A stretch of DNA of 64,000 nucleotides from an uncultured Pelagibacteraceae bacterium (GCA_902594395.1 CACJLZ010000001.1:41551-105550); one strand, 5' to 3'; positions 48,527 to 59,850 are shown, counted from the stretch's first letter. Notes: generated by a model from the letters alone, not told the origin. A program made the numbers and translations.

Positions 48527-49945
48527 TTAATTATTTTGAGTATCTTTAAATTTTGTAAATCTCTCTTCAAACTCAAGTGTAACTTTACCTATTGGACCGT
48601 GTCGTTGTTTCCCTATGATAATTTCAGCTAAATGTGCAACCTCATTCATCTTTGCTTGCCATTCTGCGTGTTCCACTGTTGCTTCTCTAGGCTCTTTTCT
48701 TTGAAGATAATATCCTTCTCTATAAACAAACATTACAACATCTGCATCTTGTTCTATTGAACCAGATTCTCTTAAATCTGAGAGTTGTGGTTTATGATCA
48801 TCTCTTTGCTCAACTTGCCTTGATAATTGTGATAATGCTAGAACAGGCACACCCAGTTCTTTTGCGATTGCTTTCAGACCTTGAGTAATTTGAGAAATTT
48901 CCTGAACTCTTCCATCTTTATTATTCAATGATCCTTTCATAAGTTGTATATAATCAACAACAATTAGATCTAGACCATGAAGTCTCTTGATTCTTCTTGC
49001 TCTATTGCTCATTGCCGCAATACTTATTGCTGGAGTTTCATCGATAAATAATGGAAGTTCAGAAATATTTTTAGAAGTTTCAAGAAATCGATCAAATTGT
49101 TCATCAGAAATTCTTCCTCTTCTAATATCATTCGATCCAATTCTTGCTTGTTCAGAAATTATTCTTGTTGAAAGTTGTTCTGATGACATTTCTAGGGAAA
49201 AAAAAGCAATAGAAGATTTAGATCCATTATTTTGAATATTTTGAGCTGCATTAAAAGCAATATTTGTTGCAAGGGATGTTTTACCCATTGATGGTCTACC
49301 TGCAATGATTATTAAATCAGATTGATGAAGTCCTCCAAGTTTATCATCCAAATCACGTAACCCAGTTGGCACTCCTACAATTCCTCCCTCGTTTTTATAT
49401 GCTGCTGATGCCATTTCAATTGTTTGTTTCATTGCATCATCAAATTTGATTAATGATGAGTTGAAAGTTCCTTTTTCAGCTAAATCGTAAAGAAGCTTTT
49501 CAGAATTCTCAATAATATTTTGACCACTTGTATCAATATTATTCTCTTTAGCATTATCAATCATTTGTTCAGAAATTTTTATTAGTTCTCTTCTCACAAA
49601 CATATCATATATTATCTTTGAATACTCTATTGCTTGCCTAGCTGAAGTAGAAAATTTAGTAATCTTTACTAAGTATTCAGGAATATTAATTTCATCTTTT
49701 TCATTTTCAAAATAATTTTTTAGTGTAATTGGATTTGCAAGCATTCCTTTATAAATCAAGTTTTCTATTGAGCTAAAAATTTTTTGATGCATAGGATCAT
49801 AAAAATTGACATTTGAGATTATGGTATTTATTTCATCAAAGATTTCATTGTTTACTAAAATTGAGCCAATTACTGATTGTTCTGCCTCTATATTATTCGG
49901 TAACTCTTTAAAATTATCTCTAATAATACTCAGGTTGTTTTCCAT
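48527..49945 (-). CDS. dnaB: Replicative DNA helicase
   Basis: EAEQSVIG, AGRPSMGKT, SLEMS, VDYIQL, LSQLSR, DLRESGSIEQDAD, KQRHGP. Confidence 0.98.
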   Translation of the reverse strand: MENNLSIIRDNFKELPNNIEAEQSVIGSILVNNEIFDEINTIISNVNFYDPMHQKIFSSIENLIYKGMLANPITLKNYFENEKDEINIPEYLVKITKFSTSARQAIEYSKIIYDMFVRRELIKISEQMIDNAKENNIDTSGQNIIENSEKLLYDLAEKGTFNSSLIKFDDAMKQTIEMASAAYKNEGGIVGVPTGLRDLDDKLGGLHQSDLIIIAGRPSMGKTSLATNIAFNAAQNIQNNGSKSSIAFFSLEMSSEQLSTRIISEQARIGSNDIRRGRISDEQFDRFLETSKNISELPLFIDETPAISIAAMSNRARRIKRLHGLDLIVVDYIQLMKGSLNNKDGRVQEISQITQGLKAIAKELGVPVLALSQLSRQVEQRDDHKPQLSDLRESGSIEQDADVVMFVYREGYYLQRKEPREATVEHAEWQAKMNEVAHLAEIIIGKQRHGPIGKVTLEFEERFTKFKDTQNN

Positions 49946-49993
49946 TAAAAGTATTTTACAGAAATAATAAGTATTTTATATTCAAAAAAAAGC

Positions 49994-50002
49994 TGTGGAT
50001 GA
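49994..50002 (-). promoter_or_regulatory. Putative DnaA box upstream of dnaB
   Basis: TCATCCACA on the minus strand, 8/9 match to TTATCCACA. Confidence 0.4.
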
Positions 50003-50012
50003 AATTGTATAA

Positions 50013-50471
50013 TTATTGAATTGTCTCTGCAGTTTTGACATCAATAGTAATTTCTGCATCAACCTCGGAGTGCAAAGAAACTTTTACTCTAAACTTTCCC
50101 AGAGCCTTAATTTCTTTTAATGGCTGTATCATCGATGGTTTGATTTCTATTTTACTTGACTCAAAGATAAGTTTTGAAATCTCAGTTGGTTTCACAGAAC
50201 CATATAATTCTTTATTTTCAGTGCAAAGTTTTTTGACACTATATTCTTTTTTGTTTATCTTTTCAGAAATTTTTTTAGCCTCTTGCTTTTTTTCATTATC
50301 TTTTTTTGAAAGTTCAGATTTAATTTTTTCCACTTCTTTAATATTCTCTTTTGAAGCATAAAGAGCTTTTTTATTTGCAATCAAAAAATTTCTTGCAAAG
50401 CCTCGTTTAACATCTATCACTTCACCGATAGATCCAATTCTTTTTAAGTTTTCTAATAATATTACTTTCAT
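50013..50471 (-). CDS. rplI: 50S ribosomal protein L9
   Basis: MKVILLE, VKRGFARNFLI, LYGSV, IKALG, LHSEV. Confidence 0.97.
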   Translation of the reverse strand: MKVILLENLKRIGSIGEVIDVKRGFARNFLIANKKALYASKENIKEVEKIKSELSKKDNEKKQEAKKISEKINKKEYSVKKLCTENKELYGSVKPTEISKLIFESSKIEIKPSMIQPLKEIKALGKFRVKVSLHSEVDAEITIDVKTAETIQ

Positions 50472-50743
50472 TAAATTAGTGCTAGATTTCTTGCTCTCTT
50501 TATAGATGCAGAGAGTTCCCTCTGTTTTTTTTGCGAAACGTTTGTGATTCTTGATGGAAGTATTTTACCATTTTCAGAAACATATTTTTTAAGAAGTTTA
50601 ATATTTTTATAATCAACCTTTGGAGCTCCTTTTACAGAGAGTGGGCATGTTTTTTTAAATTTATATTTGTTAGGTTGGAAAATGCTTAACTTAGCAAAGT
50701 TACTTTGTTTATTTTTTCTATTACCGCTTTGTTTTTTTGGCAT
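50471..50743 (-). CDS. rpsR: 30S ribosomal protein S18
   Basis: [32 protein letters not shown]. Confidence 0.97.
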   Translation of the reverse strand: MPKKQSGNRKNKQSNFAKLSIFQPNKYKFKKTCPLSVKGAPKVDYKNIKLLKKYVSENGKILPSRITNVSQKKQRELSASIKRARNLALI

Positions 50744-50745
50744 AA

Positions 50746-51108
50746 TTAATTTTTAATTTTTTCCTTTTTTGGATTTTTTTCAGTTTCTTCTTTTTTTGTA
50801 AAATAATTTGTATCTAGGTCAAATTTTTTAACTTTAACAGTTAGATGTCTAATTAGTTTTTTATCTATCGCTTCATTTTTTTCTAATTGTTCTATAACAT
50901 TTCCATTTCCTTTAATTTTGAAATGAATGTAGCTACCTTTTCTATTCTTTTTAATCAAATATGATAAATTGAGTAGACCCCAGTTTTCAGTTTTAATAAT
51001 TTCTCCCTCATTTTTTTCAATAATCTTAGAATATTTTTCCGTTAGTTGCTTAAGTTCTGCAGGTGAGGTGTCTTGTCTAGCTATAATTGTATGTTCGTAT
51101 AAATTCAT
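50746..51108 (-). CDS. rpsF: 30S ribosomal protein S6
   Basis: YEH, ENWG...LSY.IKK..KG.Y; rpsF-rpsR-rplI order. Confidence 0.96.
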   Translation of the reverse strand: MNLYEHTIIARQDTSPAELKQLTEKYSKIIEKNEGEIIKTENWGLLNLSYLIKKNRKGSYIHFKIKGNGNVIEQLEKNEAIDKKLIRHLTVKVKKFDLDTNYFTKKEETEKNPKKEKIKN

Positions 51109-51194
51109 ATTTAATCTTTAATAAAAAGTGAGGATATACTATTATAAACCTTCAATTACAATAGTAAAAAACCAATAATTAATTTATTTTTTAA

Positions 51195-52121
51195 ATGTTT
51201 TCTGTAATTTTTCCAGGTCAAGGTTCACAAACGGTTGGTATGGGAAAAGAGTTTTTTGAAAAATATGACATAGTAAAAAAATTATTTAGTCAAGCAGATG
51301 ACGTATTAGATTTTAATATTTCAAAAATGATTTTAGAAGGTCCTAAAGAAAATTTGGATTTAACTGCCAATACTCAACCTGCAATATTTTTAGTAAGTTA
51401 TTCAATTTTTAAAGTGATTAAGGATGAATTTAATATCAATTTGAATGAAGCAAAATATTTTGCTGGACATTCATTAGGCGAATATTCTGCTCTATCATGT
51501 GCTGGATATTTAGATTTTGAAAAAACAATAAAAATTTTAAGAATTAGAGGAAAAGCTATGCAAAACTCTGTTCCAAAAGGAGAGGGTGGAATGTTAGCTG
51601 TTCTAGGAGTAAAAATTGAGGATATCGAAAAAATATTAAAAGATAATGAAAAAAATTTTTATGCTCAGATTGCTAACGATAATTCTGAGGGTCAAATTGT
51701 ATTAAGTGGTAAAAACGGAGATTTGGGGTCCTTAAGCAATTTTTTGAAAGATAATAAAATTAAAAATATAAAACTTCCAGTTAGTGCCCCCTTTCACTGT
51801 GAATTAATGACTAAAGCAACAGAGATAATGAGAAAAGAGCTAGATAAAGTTGATTTTAAAAAATCGAATAATAAATTGGTTTCTAATGTTACAGCTGATG
51901 AAATTTTAGATGTTAAAGATTTAAAGAATTTACTAATTAGTCAAATAGAAAAAAGAGTTAGGTGGAGAGAAAGTATAATTAATATGATCAATCATGGAGT
52001 TAGTCAATTTATTGAAATAGGTCCGGGAAAAGTTTTGAGCGGGTTAATAAAAAGAATTAATAAAAATGTAAAAACTACTACTATTAACAATCAATCAGAT
52101 ATAGAAAGTTTAAGAATATGA
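51195..52121 (+). CDS. fabD: Malonyl-CoA:ACP transacylase
   Basis: FPGQGSQ, TQPA, GHSLGEY, VSAPFH, EIGPGKVL. Confidence 0.97.
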   Translation: MFSVIFPGQGSQTVGMGKEFFEKYDIVKKLFSQADDVLDFNISKMILEGPKENLDLTANTQPAIFLVSYSIFKVIKDEFNINLNEAKYFAGHSLGEYSALSCAGYLDFEKTIKILRIRGKAMQNSVPKGEGGMLAVLGVKIEDIEKILKDNEKNFYAQIANDNSEGQIVLSGKNGDLGSLSNFLKDNKIKNIKLPVSAPFHCELMTKATEIMRKELDKVDFKKSNNKLVSNVTADEILDVKDLKNLLISQIEKRVRWRESIINMINHGVSQFIEIGPGKVLSGLIKRINKNVKTTTINNQSDIESLRI

Positions 52122-52855
52122 ATGATTTAAAAAATAAAAATATCATTGTTACTGGTGCAACAGGAGGAATAGGGAATTCAATAATAAAGAAACTTGATGA
52201 ATTTGGTGTTAATATTTTAGCCTCAGGAACAAAAATTGAAAAATTAGAAGAATTAAAAAATAAATTTAAAAATATTAAAATTTTAAGATTTGATATTTCA
52301 GAAAGCGATAAAGTAGAAAATTTTATTGAAAACGCCTCGAAGGAACTTGGTGGCGAAATTGATTGCATTGTCAACAACGCAGGTATCACACAAGATAATT
52401 TAGCAATTAGAATGAATTTGGATGAATGGAGAAATGTAATAGAAGTTAATTTAACATCTACATTTTTAATTTGTAAATTTGCAATTAAAAAGATGTTAAA
52501 AAATAAAAAAGGAAAAATTATAAATATAACCTCAGTAGTGGGGCATACAGGTAATCTTGGTCAGGCAAATTATACAGCTTCTAAAGCTGGAATAATTGCC
52601 ATGTCTAAAAGTCTTGCGATTGAGTATGCAAAAAAAAATATTAACGTAAATTGTATATCACCCGGATTTATTAAGACAGCAATGACAGATAAAATTGATG
52701 AAAAATTTAAAGATATAATTACTTCCAAGATACCTTCTGGTAGATTAGGTGAACCTGAAGATATAGCTAATGCAGTTCTTTTTTTAGCTTCTAATCAATC
52801 AAACTATATTAATGGAGAAACATTACATGTAAATGGGGGCATGTATATGGCTTGA
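52118..52855 (+). CDS. fabG: 3-oxoacyl-ACP reductase
   Basis: TGATGGIG, NNAGITQD, GQANYTASK, LHVNGG. Confidence 0.97.
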   Translation: MNDLKNKNIIVTGATGGIGNSIIKKLDEFGVNILASGTKIEKLEELKNKFKNIKILRFDISESDKVENFIENASKELGGEIDCIVNNAGITQDNLAIRMNLDEWRNVIEVNLTSTFLICKFAIKKMLKNKKGKIINITSVVGHTGNLGQANYTASKAGIIAMSKSLAIEYAKKNINVNCISPGFIKTAMTDKIDEKFKDIITSKIPSGRLGEPEDIANAVLFLASNQSNYINGETLHVNGGMYMA

Positions 52856-52904
52856 CAATCTAAGTAATTAAACTATTAACGATTATAATAATAAAAGGAT
52901 CAAT

Positions 52905-53144
52905 ATGTCAGATGATGTTTCAAGTAAGGTAAAAAAAATAGTAGCAGATCACTTGGGAATTGATGAATCTAAAGTTACAGAGGAATCAAGTTTCATTGAT
53001 GATCTAGGAGCTGATAGCTTAGATACTGTTGAATTAGTGATGGCTTTTGAGGAGGAATTTGGATCAGAAATTTCTGATAGCGAAGCTGAGAAAATATTAA
53101 CAGTTGGTGATGCCGTTAAATTTATTGAAGGCAAAGCTAATTAA
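52905..53144 (+). CDS. acpP: Acyl carrier protein
   Basis: [20 protein letters not shown]. Confidence 0.98.
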   Translation: MSDDVSSKVKKIVADHLGIDESKVTEESSFIDDLGADSLDTVELVMAFEEEFGSEISDSEAEKILTVGDAVKFIEGKAN

Positions 53145-53154
53145 TAAATTTTAG

Positions 53155-53787
53155 ATGCCCTCAGTAAATGATGGGATAATGGTTATATTGTCCTCTCCCT
53201 CTGGAGCAGGGAAAACGACACTTGTAAATTTACTATCAAAAAATGATGATTTTGAAATCTCGATATCTCACACAACTAGGAAACCAAGAGAGGGCGAGAC
53301 CCCTAATAAAGATTATTATTTTGTAAATGATAATGAGTTTAAAAGATTAATAAATAACCAAGAATTTTTGGAATATGCGAAAGTTTTTAATAATTATTAC
53401 GGAACAACTAGAACACCAATCATAAATAATTTAAATAGAGGAAAAAATGTATTATTTGATATTGATTGGCAAGGTGCTGATCAAATAAAGAATAAAAAGT
53501 TGGATTATAAATTAATTACATTTTTTATTTTACCACCCAGTAAAAAAATTTTATTTAGTAGACTTTCTAATAGAGACATGAAGGATAAACTTATAGCTGA
53601 AGAAAGAATGAAACAATTTGAGAGAGATGTACTTCATTGGATAAATTATGATTATGTAGTAATTAATGATGATCTTGAAAAATGTTATTTGAGAATAAAA
53701 AATTTGATTAACGCAGAAATAAATGACGAATCAAAAGATTATGATTTAGATTTTATAAGAAATCATGTGGAAAAATTAACTTCGTAA
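53155..53787 (+). CDS. gmk: Guanylate kinase
   Basis: [34 protein letters not shown]. Confidence 0.97.
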   Translation: MPSVNDGIMVILSSPSGAGKTTLVNLLSKNDDFEISISHTTRKPREGETPNKDYYFVNDNEFKRLINNQEFLEYAKVFNNYYGTTRTPIINNLNRGKNVLFDIDWQGADQIKNKKLDYKLITFFILPPSKKILFSRLSNRDMKDKLIAEERMKQFERDVLHWINYDYVVINDDLEKCYLRIKNLINAEINDESKDYDLDFIRNHVEKLTS

Positions 53788-54564
53788 AGTCTCATACTTT
53801 TTGGTTAATTCATAATAAGTTTTAAAATCTAAATTTTGAGGTCTTAAATTAAGGTCTATTCCCAATTCAGATGCAATATTTTCATTATCATGAAAAAGTT
53901 GCTTGAAAGGTTTTTTAATCATTTTTCTTCGATGCATGAAGAAAATTCTTGTAATTTTTTCAAGATTTTTAGCGTTTTTAAACTTCGTAAAAGTTTTTTT
54001 TGGTTCAAAAAATAAAACAGTGCTCTCAATTTTTGGTTTCGGTTGAAAACTATTAGGTTTTATATCCATTATTTTTTTTATATTAAGTCTCCAATTGGCT
54101 AAAATTGTTAATCTTCCATACTCTTTGGTATTAAATTTTGATATTATTCTATCAGCAACTTCTTTTTGAAACATAAGAACAAGACAATTAAACCAAACTT
54201 TTTTAGGATTTATATTTAATATCCACTTACTTAAGATTTCTGTTGATATGTTATATGGTAAATTACCAAATACTGTCAGAATTTGATTGTTCAAATTATT
54301 TTCATCTATTTTTAATATATCTTTATTAATAAACTCAATATCTTGGTTAAATTTATCTTTTAGAAGATCAACTAATCTGTCGTCTTTCTCTATTACAGTA
54401 ATTTTTTTTGGTTTTTTTTTCAAAATTTCTCTAGTTAAACTTCCTGTTCCAGGTCCAATTTCTAAAATATTTTTATCTTTAATATTTACAATATCTATTA
54501 TTTTGCTAATTATATTTTGATCAACAAGAAAGTTTTGTCCAAGGCTTTTTTTTGCCTTTATCAT
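53776..54564 (-). CDS. rsmA: 16S rRNA dimethyladenosine transferase KsgA
   Basis: [32 protein letters not shown]. Confidence 0.97.
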   Translation of the reverse strand: MIKAKKSLGQNFLVDQNIISKIIDIVNIKDKNILEIGPGTGSLTREILKKKPKKITVIEKDDRLVDLLKDKFNQDIEFINKDILKIDENNLNNQILTVFGNLPYNISTEILSKWILNINPKKVWFNCLVLMFQKEVADRIISKFNTKEYGRLTILANWRLNIKKIMDIKPNSFQPKPKIESTVLFFEPKKTFTKFKNAKNLEKITRIFFMHRRKMIKKPFKQLFHDNENIASELGIDLNLRPQNLDFKTYYELTKKYETLRS

Positions 54565-55505
54565 CTCTTATCTAAAAAATTAATTGCTTTGATCAAACTT
54601 AATGGATTTGACTTATTTTTGCCAACCATCATTTCATTAGGCCCATGATCAGGAGTTACTCTTAAAAATGGTAAACCTATTGTTATATTTATCGCATCAT
54701 ATTCGAAAAGTGTTTTAATTGGTGTAAGAACTTGATCATGGTACATACCAACTATAACATTAAATTTTTTTCTATTATTTTTTAAAAATATTGTGTCAGA
54801 TGGGTAAGGGCCACTAACTCGAATATTTTTCTTTTTAAGGGAATTTATAGCTGGAAGAATAATTCTAGTATCTTCATTAAATTTTGACAAACTTTCACAA
54901 TGTGGGTTTAAACCAACAACAGCAATTTTAGGTTTAAACCTTAATTTTTGATTATAAAATCTATTAATAATCATGATTTTTTCGGTAATTAATTTTTTAG
55001 TAATTTTTTTTGCAACCATTTTTAATGGAAGGTGGGTTGTTAAAGGAGAAACTGAGAGCTTATTATTATAAATCAACATTGCAAATTTTTTTTCATTAAA
55101 ACTTTTAGAAATATATTCAGTCATACCAGGATATTTTCCTTTTAAGGTTTTCGATTTATTTATTGGACCATTAATCAATTTATTTGTTAATCCTCGTTTA
55201 ATTATATGAAAAGCAACTTTAAAACATTCATGAATATAATTTTTTGAATTTGAATTTTTAATGTCAATAAAGTAGATATTTTTATTTATAATTTTTTCAT
55301 TTAAGATTTTTTTAAAATCAATTGGCTCAATTTTTTTATAAAATTTGTATTTTTTGATCTCTTTTTCTAAAATTTTTTTATCACAGATTATGATTAAGGG
55401 ACTAGTAATTTTTTTTGACTTAATTGACTTAAAAAAAATTTCAAAAAAAATACTTTTTTTTTCTCCAGGTATAATTAAAATTGGCTTAAAATTCACTAAT
55501 TTCAC
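54561..55505 (-). CDS. pdxA: 4-hydroxythreonine-4-phosphate dehydrogenase
   Basis: PINK, TTHLPL, GLNPH, MYHDQ, GLPFLRVTPDHG. Confidence 0.93.
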   Translation of the reverse strand: MKLVNFKPILIIPGEKKSIFFEIFFKSIKSKKITSPLIIICDKKILEKEIKKYKFYKKIEPIDFKKILNEKIINKNIYFIDIKNSNSKNYIHECFKVAFHIIKRGLTNKLINGPINKSKTLKGKYPGMTEYISKSFNEKKFAMLIYNNKLSVSPLTTHLPLKMVAKKITKKLITEKIMIINRFYNQKLRFKPKIAVVGLNPHCESLSKFNEDTRIILPAINSLKKKNIRVSGPYPSDTIFLKNNRKKFNVIVGMYHDQVLTPIKTLFEYDAINITIGLPFLRVTPDHGPNEMMVGKNKSNPLSLIKAINFLDKR

Positions 55506-56421
55506 TATTAAGTTTAATTTTATTATAAAAAATATTAGAAAATTTATCTAATTGTTTTGATGTTTCAACAAATATCATTTTATCTAATTCTTTTTTTTTA
55601 TCTATTTCAATTTCAATCTTTCTAATATCATTAATTTTAAAAATGAAATAATTATTATTTATCTTTAAAGGAGGACTGTATTCACTAACACTTAAATTTT
55701 TTAAACTCTCAATAATTACATCTGATAAACTATTTTTTTTTACCCAGCCTATTTTACCACCAACTTTGGAACTTTCTGATATACTATAAAGATTTGCTGT
55801 ATTTTCAAATCCATTTTTTTTAATACTTTCTTGTACATTTTCAAACAATTGTTTTAATGAAACATCTTTTGTATTTGTAAAAACTATTTCAGATAAATTA
55901 TACTCGAGTAAAAATTTTTCTCTGCTTGACCTTTCAATTTTGTCGATTAATTCTTTTTCATTAATTTTGACAGTCTTTATGTACTTACTATATATTAAAT
56001 TTTTCCACTCATTCTCTATTTCAATTTTTTTTTTTAATTCTTCAAGTGAAAAGTTGAAAGCATTTAAATAACTCTCTAATTCACTTTCATTTTGAAGATT
56101 TAAATTCTGAATTAGATTATTCAAAACATTATTAATTTGGGTGTTTTCTAAATTTAATTTTTTATATTTCTCAATCTCTTTTCTTTTTATAAATTCTTTG
56201 ATAAGAGATTTTTTTGCGATTATAAGTAATTCATCTTTATTTATTTGATTTAGTCTTGGATTGAGAGCTTTTAAATAATTAATTTCCTGTTCAATATCAT
56301 GAGATGTAATGATTTCATTATCAATTTTCATTATTATTTTAAGTTGAATTTTTGAATAAGAAAAGTTTATTAATGAAAAAAAAATTAAATTTAAAATGAG
56401 TGTCCTTTTTAATATAATCAT
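55486..56421 (-). CDS. surA: SurA-like periplasmic chaperone / parvulin PPIase
   Basis: DNEIIT, FE..A..YS......GG.IGWV; lies between lptD and pdxA. Confidence 0.82.
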   Translation of the reverse strand: MIILKRTLILNLIFFSLINFSYSKIQLKIIMKIDNEIITSHDIEQEINYLKALNPRLNQINKDELLIIAKKSLIKEFIKRKEIEKYKKLNLENTQINNVLNNLIQNLNLQNESELESYLNAFNFSLEELKKKIEIENEWKNLIYSKYIKTVKINEKELIDKIERSSREKFLLEYNLSEIVFTNTKDVSLKQLFENVQESIKKNGFENTANLYSISESSKVGGKIGWVKKNSLSDVIIESLKNLSVSEYSPPLKINNNYFIFKINDIRKIEIEIDKKKELDKMIFVETSKQLDKFSNIFYNKIKLNSEISEF

Positions 56422-58778
56422 TTTAAATTAGGGGTATTAAAACCACCAAAAGGTAAAATTGTAATTTTAAATAACAAATTTTCTGAAGGTTTTAGTTCTT
56501 TGTCACTATAATATTCTTTATTGTATTCAATTCCAGCTCTCAAGCAATCGTTTTCATATTGGTAAATAAGATTATAGTATTCCGTAAAACTTTTTTCTTT
56601 ATTTTCAATTGTCTCAAAAATTAAACTATTTTTATCGTTAAATTTATACTTAGTTTCATTTTTCAAATATGAAGATTTCAGATTAGTATTATTCTCATTT
56701 AAATACTCAAATCTTGTAGTAAGATTTTTCAAGTAATATTCAAATCCAAATAGTTCATAGTTTTTATCATCTAAATTATTCTTAATTGAAAAATCATAAT
56801 TAAATTTAAAGTTATCATTATGCTTGTATTCAAATAACCCAACAAAATCTGACATTTTATCACCTAAATTACTATTTGATGGTAAATCTTTATTTTCTTC
56901 AATTCTTAGATTATTTGCAAAACCAAATTTCATTATTTCATCAAAACTTGTTTTATTAATTTTTGTATATTCATATCCATAGGTTGCTGAAATTCCTCCT
57001 TCAGTTGACTCGTCTATCCCTAATCTGTTGAAATCGTAAATATTTTTATAGTTTATTGTTCTATCAGTTGAACTAATATCTTTGGTGAATGGTATACTTA
57101 ATCTTAAAGAAAGTTTAGGTGTTAAAATATTATTGAATTCTCCTATTTCTTTACGTAATGGCAATGTATAGTCAGACTGAAAACTTGGAATTAACAAATT
57201 TGTATTTTTATTTTGAAAATTATTTGAGTTTGTTGCGTCAGAATTTATATTTTTAAGAATTAATTTTTTATCATTTAAAAGTCCGTTATCAAAATATTTT
57301 AGATCTGATTGATATTCTAAATTGTTTATTAAAACTTTTTCTGTGATATTGGTATTATAATTTTTATAATATCCCTGTGATCTAAAAGTGTAATTATTAT
57401 TCATAATCTTTGAAAAATTAAAATTGGGGATATATTCAAATTTATCACTATCATTTTTGGTTAAATCTTCATAGACCTCAAGGCTTGTATCAAATGTCAA
57501 ATTTTCATTGTACATCTTTAGACTTAATGAATTTGTTAAATTAGATAAGTTATTGATTATTGGACTTTCTATTTTATTTGATTTTAGATAGGTTTCATCT
57601 GTGACTTGCTCTAACTTTATATTCAATTCTACATTATCAAAATTGTTGGTTTTATAATTTTTGTCATAATTATAAAACAAGTGACTATTCGAATTCTTTT
57701 CGCTTGAGAAAAACTGACTAAAATCTGCTATATGATTAGAGTATTTATTTTTTTTTCTAAATTCTGATTGTATTAAAAATTTATCATCATTAAAAAATCT
57801 TGGTGTTAGTGTTAAATCTCTATTATCAGCTATTACTAAAAAATAGGGTAAATTAAATGATAAACCCGTTGAACTATTGTCTTGAAATCTAGGTATTAAA
57901 AACCCACTTTGTCTTTTTACAGTTGGATCAGGATGAAAAAATTTTGGAAAATAAAAAACTTTTTTGTCATAAATTTTTAAACTTGCATTTTTATAATTAA
58001 TAGTTTTTTTTTGTTTATCATGTCGAATTTCCTCCGCGCTCATTTCCCACGGAGGACATTTATCTCTTCTTTTACAAAAGGTAAAAGTTCCCTTTTCTAC
58101 AATAGTGTTTCTTTTATTACTTACTAAGCTCCTACCTTTTAATCTAGGTTCATTTTCCGAATTTTCATCGAGTTTAAAATTCATACTAATATCTTTTGCG
58201 ATTAATTCTTTTTTGTTTAAATCAAGATAAGATAAATCTACTAAAAAAGAATTTTTGTCTTTATCTTGCGCAACTAAATTATTTAATTTAATTATTTTGT
58301 CTTTAAAAGAATACTCAAATCCATCAACTTTGTAAGTATTGTTAAGGTCATCAAAAATTTCTGAATATTCCTGGCTTAGAATTTTTTGCTTATCTAAATT
58401 ATAATTAATTTTATTAGATTTAATAACCAAATTATTGATACCATCGTTTATCACAATATTATTTTCAAAATTCAGATTAGACTCATTAATTTTATACTCA
58501 ATTATCTCTGATTTAATTTCAAAATTTCTATCAATTGATGAAATTTTTCCGTTATTAATTATTAATAATGATTTATCTTTGAAATATTTTATTTTTTTAC
58601 CTTTTATTTCTAAGCCTTCATCTTTGATAATTGCTGTTCCATTATTAGCAATTGTCAAGTTTTGATCATTTGAAATTTCTATGTCTGAAGCTTGAAAATC
58701 TATTTCGCTAGAGAGAGATTTATTAATCAAAACGAGTTGAAATAGAATTGTGATAATTATAAAGATTTTATTTTTCAT
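56418..58778 (-). CDS. lptD: LPS-assembly protein LptD
   Basis: FTFC...CPPW, HPDPTVKRQSGFL, Y.NDC; conserved lptFG-lptD-surA-pdxA-ksgA order. Confidence 0.92.
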   Translation of the reverse strand: MKNKIFIIITILFQLVLINKSLSSEIDFQASDIEISNDQNLTIANNGTAIIKDEGLEIKGKKIKYFKDKSLLIINNGKISSIDRNFEIKSEIIEYKINESNLNFENNIVINDGINNLVIKSNKINYNLDKQKILSQEYSEIFDDLNNTYKVDGFEYSFKDKIIKLNNLVAQDKDKNSFLVDLSYLDLNKKELIAKDISMNFKLDENSENEPRLKGRSLVSNKRNTIVEKGTFTFCKRRDKCPPWEMSAEEIRHDKQKKTINYKNASLKIYDKKVFYFPKFFHPDPTVKRQSGFLIPRFQDNSSTGLSFNLPYFLVIADNRDLTLTPRFFNDDKFLIQSEFRKKNKYSNHIADFSQFFSSEKNSNSHLFYNYDKNYKTNNFDNVELNIKLEQVTDETYLKSNKIESPIINNLSNLTNSLSLKMYNENLTFDTSLEVYEDLTKNDSDKFEYIPNFNFSKIMNNNYTFRSQGYYKNYNTNITEKVLINNLEYQSDLKYFDNGLLNDKKLILKNINSDATNSNNFQNKNTNLLIPSFQSDYTLPLRKEIGEFNNILTPKLSLRLSIPFTKDISSTDRTINYKNIYDFNRLGIDESTEGGISATYGYEYTKINKTSFDEIMKFGFANNLRIEENKDLPSNSNLGDKMSDFVGLFEYKHNDNFKFNYDFSIKNNLDDKNYELFGFEYYLKNLTTRFEYLNENNTNLKSSYLKNETKYKFNDKNSLIFETIENKEKSFTEYYNLIYQYENDCLRAGIEYNKEYYSDKELKPSENLLFKITILPFGGFNTPNLK

Positions 58779-59850
58779 TTATTCGAATCAAACCTATAGT
58801 TGAAATAATACTTAAAAAAATAATTGGAAAAAATACAGATAAATAAATTGGTATTTTATTAGTTAATCCAAAAATATTAAATATATTGTTTATGTAATAA
58901 ATAATCACAGATAATAATATTCCTAACAAAACATGGAATATATATGGTTTATCTCTCTTAATATTTAACATTATTATTGAAGAAATAATGACCATAATAC
59001 TTAGGTAAATAGGCAAAGAAACAATCTTTAAAAAATGTAAATCTACATCCTGCGAGGAATATCCTAACAACTCATTTTCCTTTTTTAGATCAAATAACTC
59101 AATCAAATTTAGTGAATTAAGATCCCTGAAAGTTTTATTTATTTTATCAAAATTAAAATGACTGGATAATTTGATATTTTCCTCAAGTTGAATTTGTTTA
59201 TTTTCTCTAAAAATAACTGGTTTCTCAATAACCCAATCATTTGCAGAAATGTCAGCTTTATTTGATGAAATAACTTCGACAAGATTAAAATTCTTATCAA
59301 ACTTATTAATAAAAACATCTTTGAGAAATTTTTCTTTATTATTTGCAGATGCATTAATTATATAAATTTCATCATCTATTTCGTCTTTTATCCACAATCC
59401 ATTATCGCTGTAATGTTTAAGATATTTGCCATCTTCAGAATAAATATTTTTTATATCAAAATAGAAAAATTTTAATTTTGAAGACATGGGATAATATAAA
59501 GTAATTATTATAATCCCAAATATAAAAGAACAAATTGCAAGTAATTTTATTAAATAAAAATTATCTAAACTATTAACTTTTATTAATTCATTTTCTTTCT
59601 TTTTGATAATATCAACAAAAAAAAGTTGAGTAGATATTAGTACAATAAAAGGGAAAATTTCTAATAGAGTTGTTGGAACATTAAAAAGAGTTATCAAAAA
59701 TGGCAAATACATTTTTGATTCAGAATCACTAAAAAAAGTAATTTCCTCAAACAAAGTTAATATAAATGTTAAAGAAAAAAAGATTAGAGTAAGTAAAATT
59801 ATTTTTTTAAAAAATAATTTTATAAAATATTTATCAAAAGTTTTTACCAT
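58768..59850 (-). CDS. lptG: LPS export permease LptG
   Basis: YjgP/YjgQ architecture, GLWIKD, context. Confidence 0.85.
   Translation of the reverse strand: MVKTFDKYFIKLFFKKIILLTLIFFSLTFILTLFEEITFFSDSESKMYLPFLITLFNVPTTLLEIFPFIVLISTQLFFVDIIKKKENELIKVNSLDNFYLIKLLAICSFIFGIIIITLYYPMSSKLKFFYFDIKNIYSEDGKYLKHYSDNGLWIKDEIDDEIYIINASANNKEKFLKDVFINKFDKNFNLVEVISSNKADISANDWVIEKPVIFRENKQIQLEENIKLSSHFNFDKINKTFRDLNSLNLIELFDLKKENELLGYSSQDVDLHFLKIVSLPIYLSIMVIISSIIMLNIKRDKPYIFHVLLGILLSVIIYYINNIFNIFGLTNKIPIYLSVFFPIIFLSIISTIGLIRINEK

Noticed and set aside
51109-51194. S6:S18 autoregulatory leader RNA before rpsF
   Set aside because: No convincing stem with the conserved CCR motif visible
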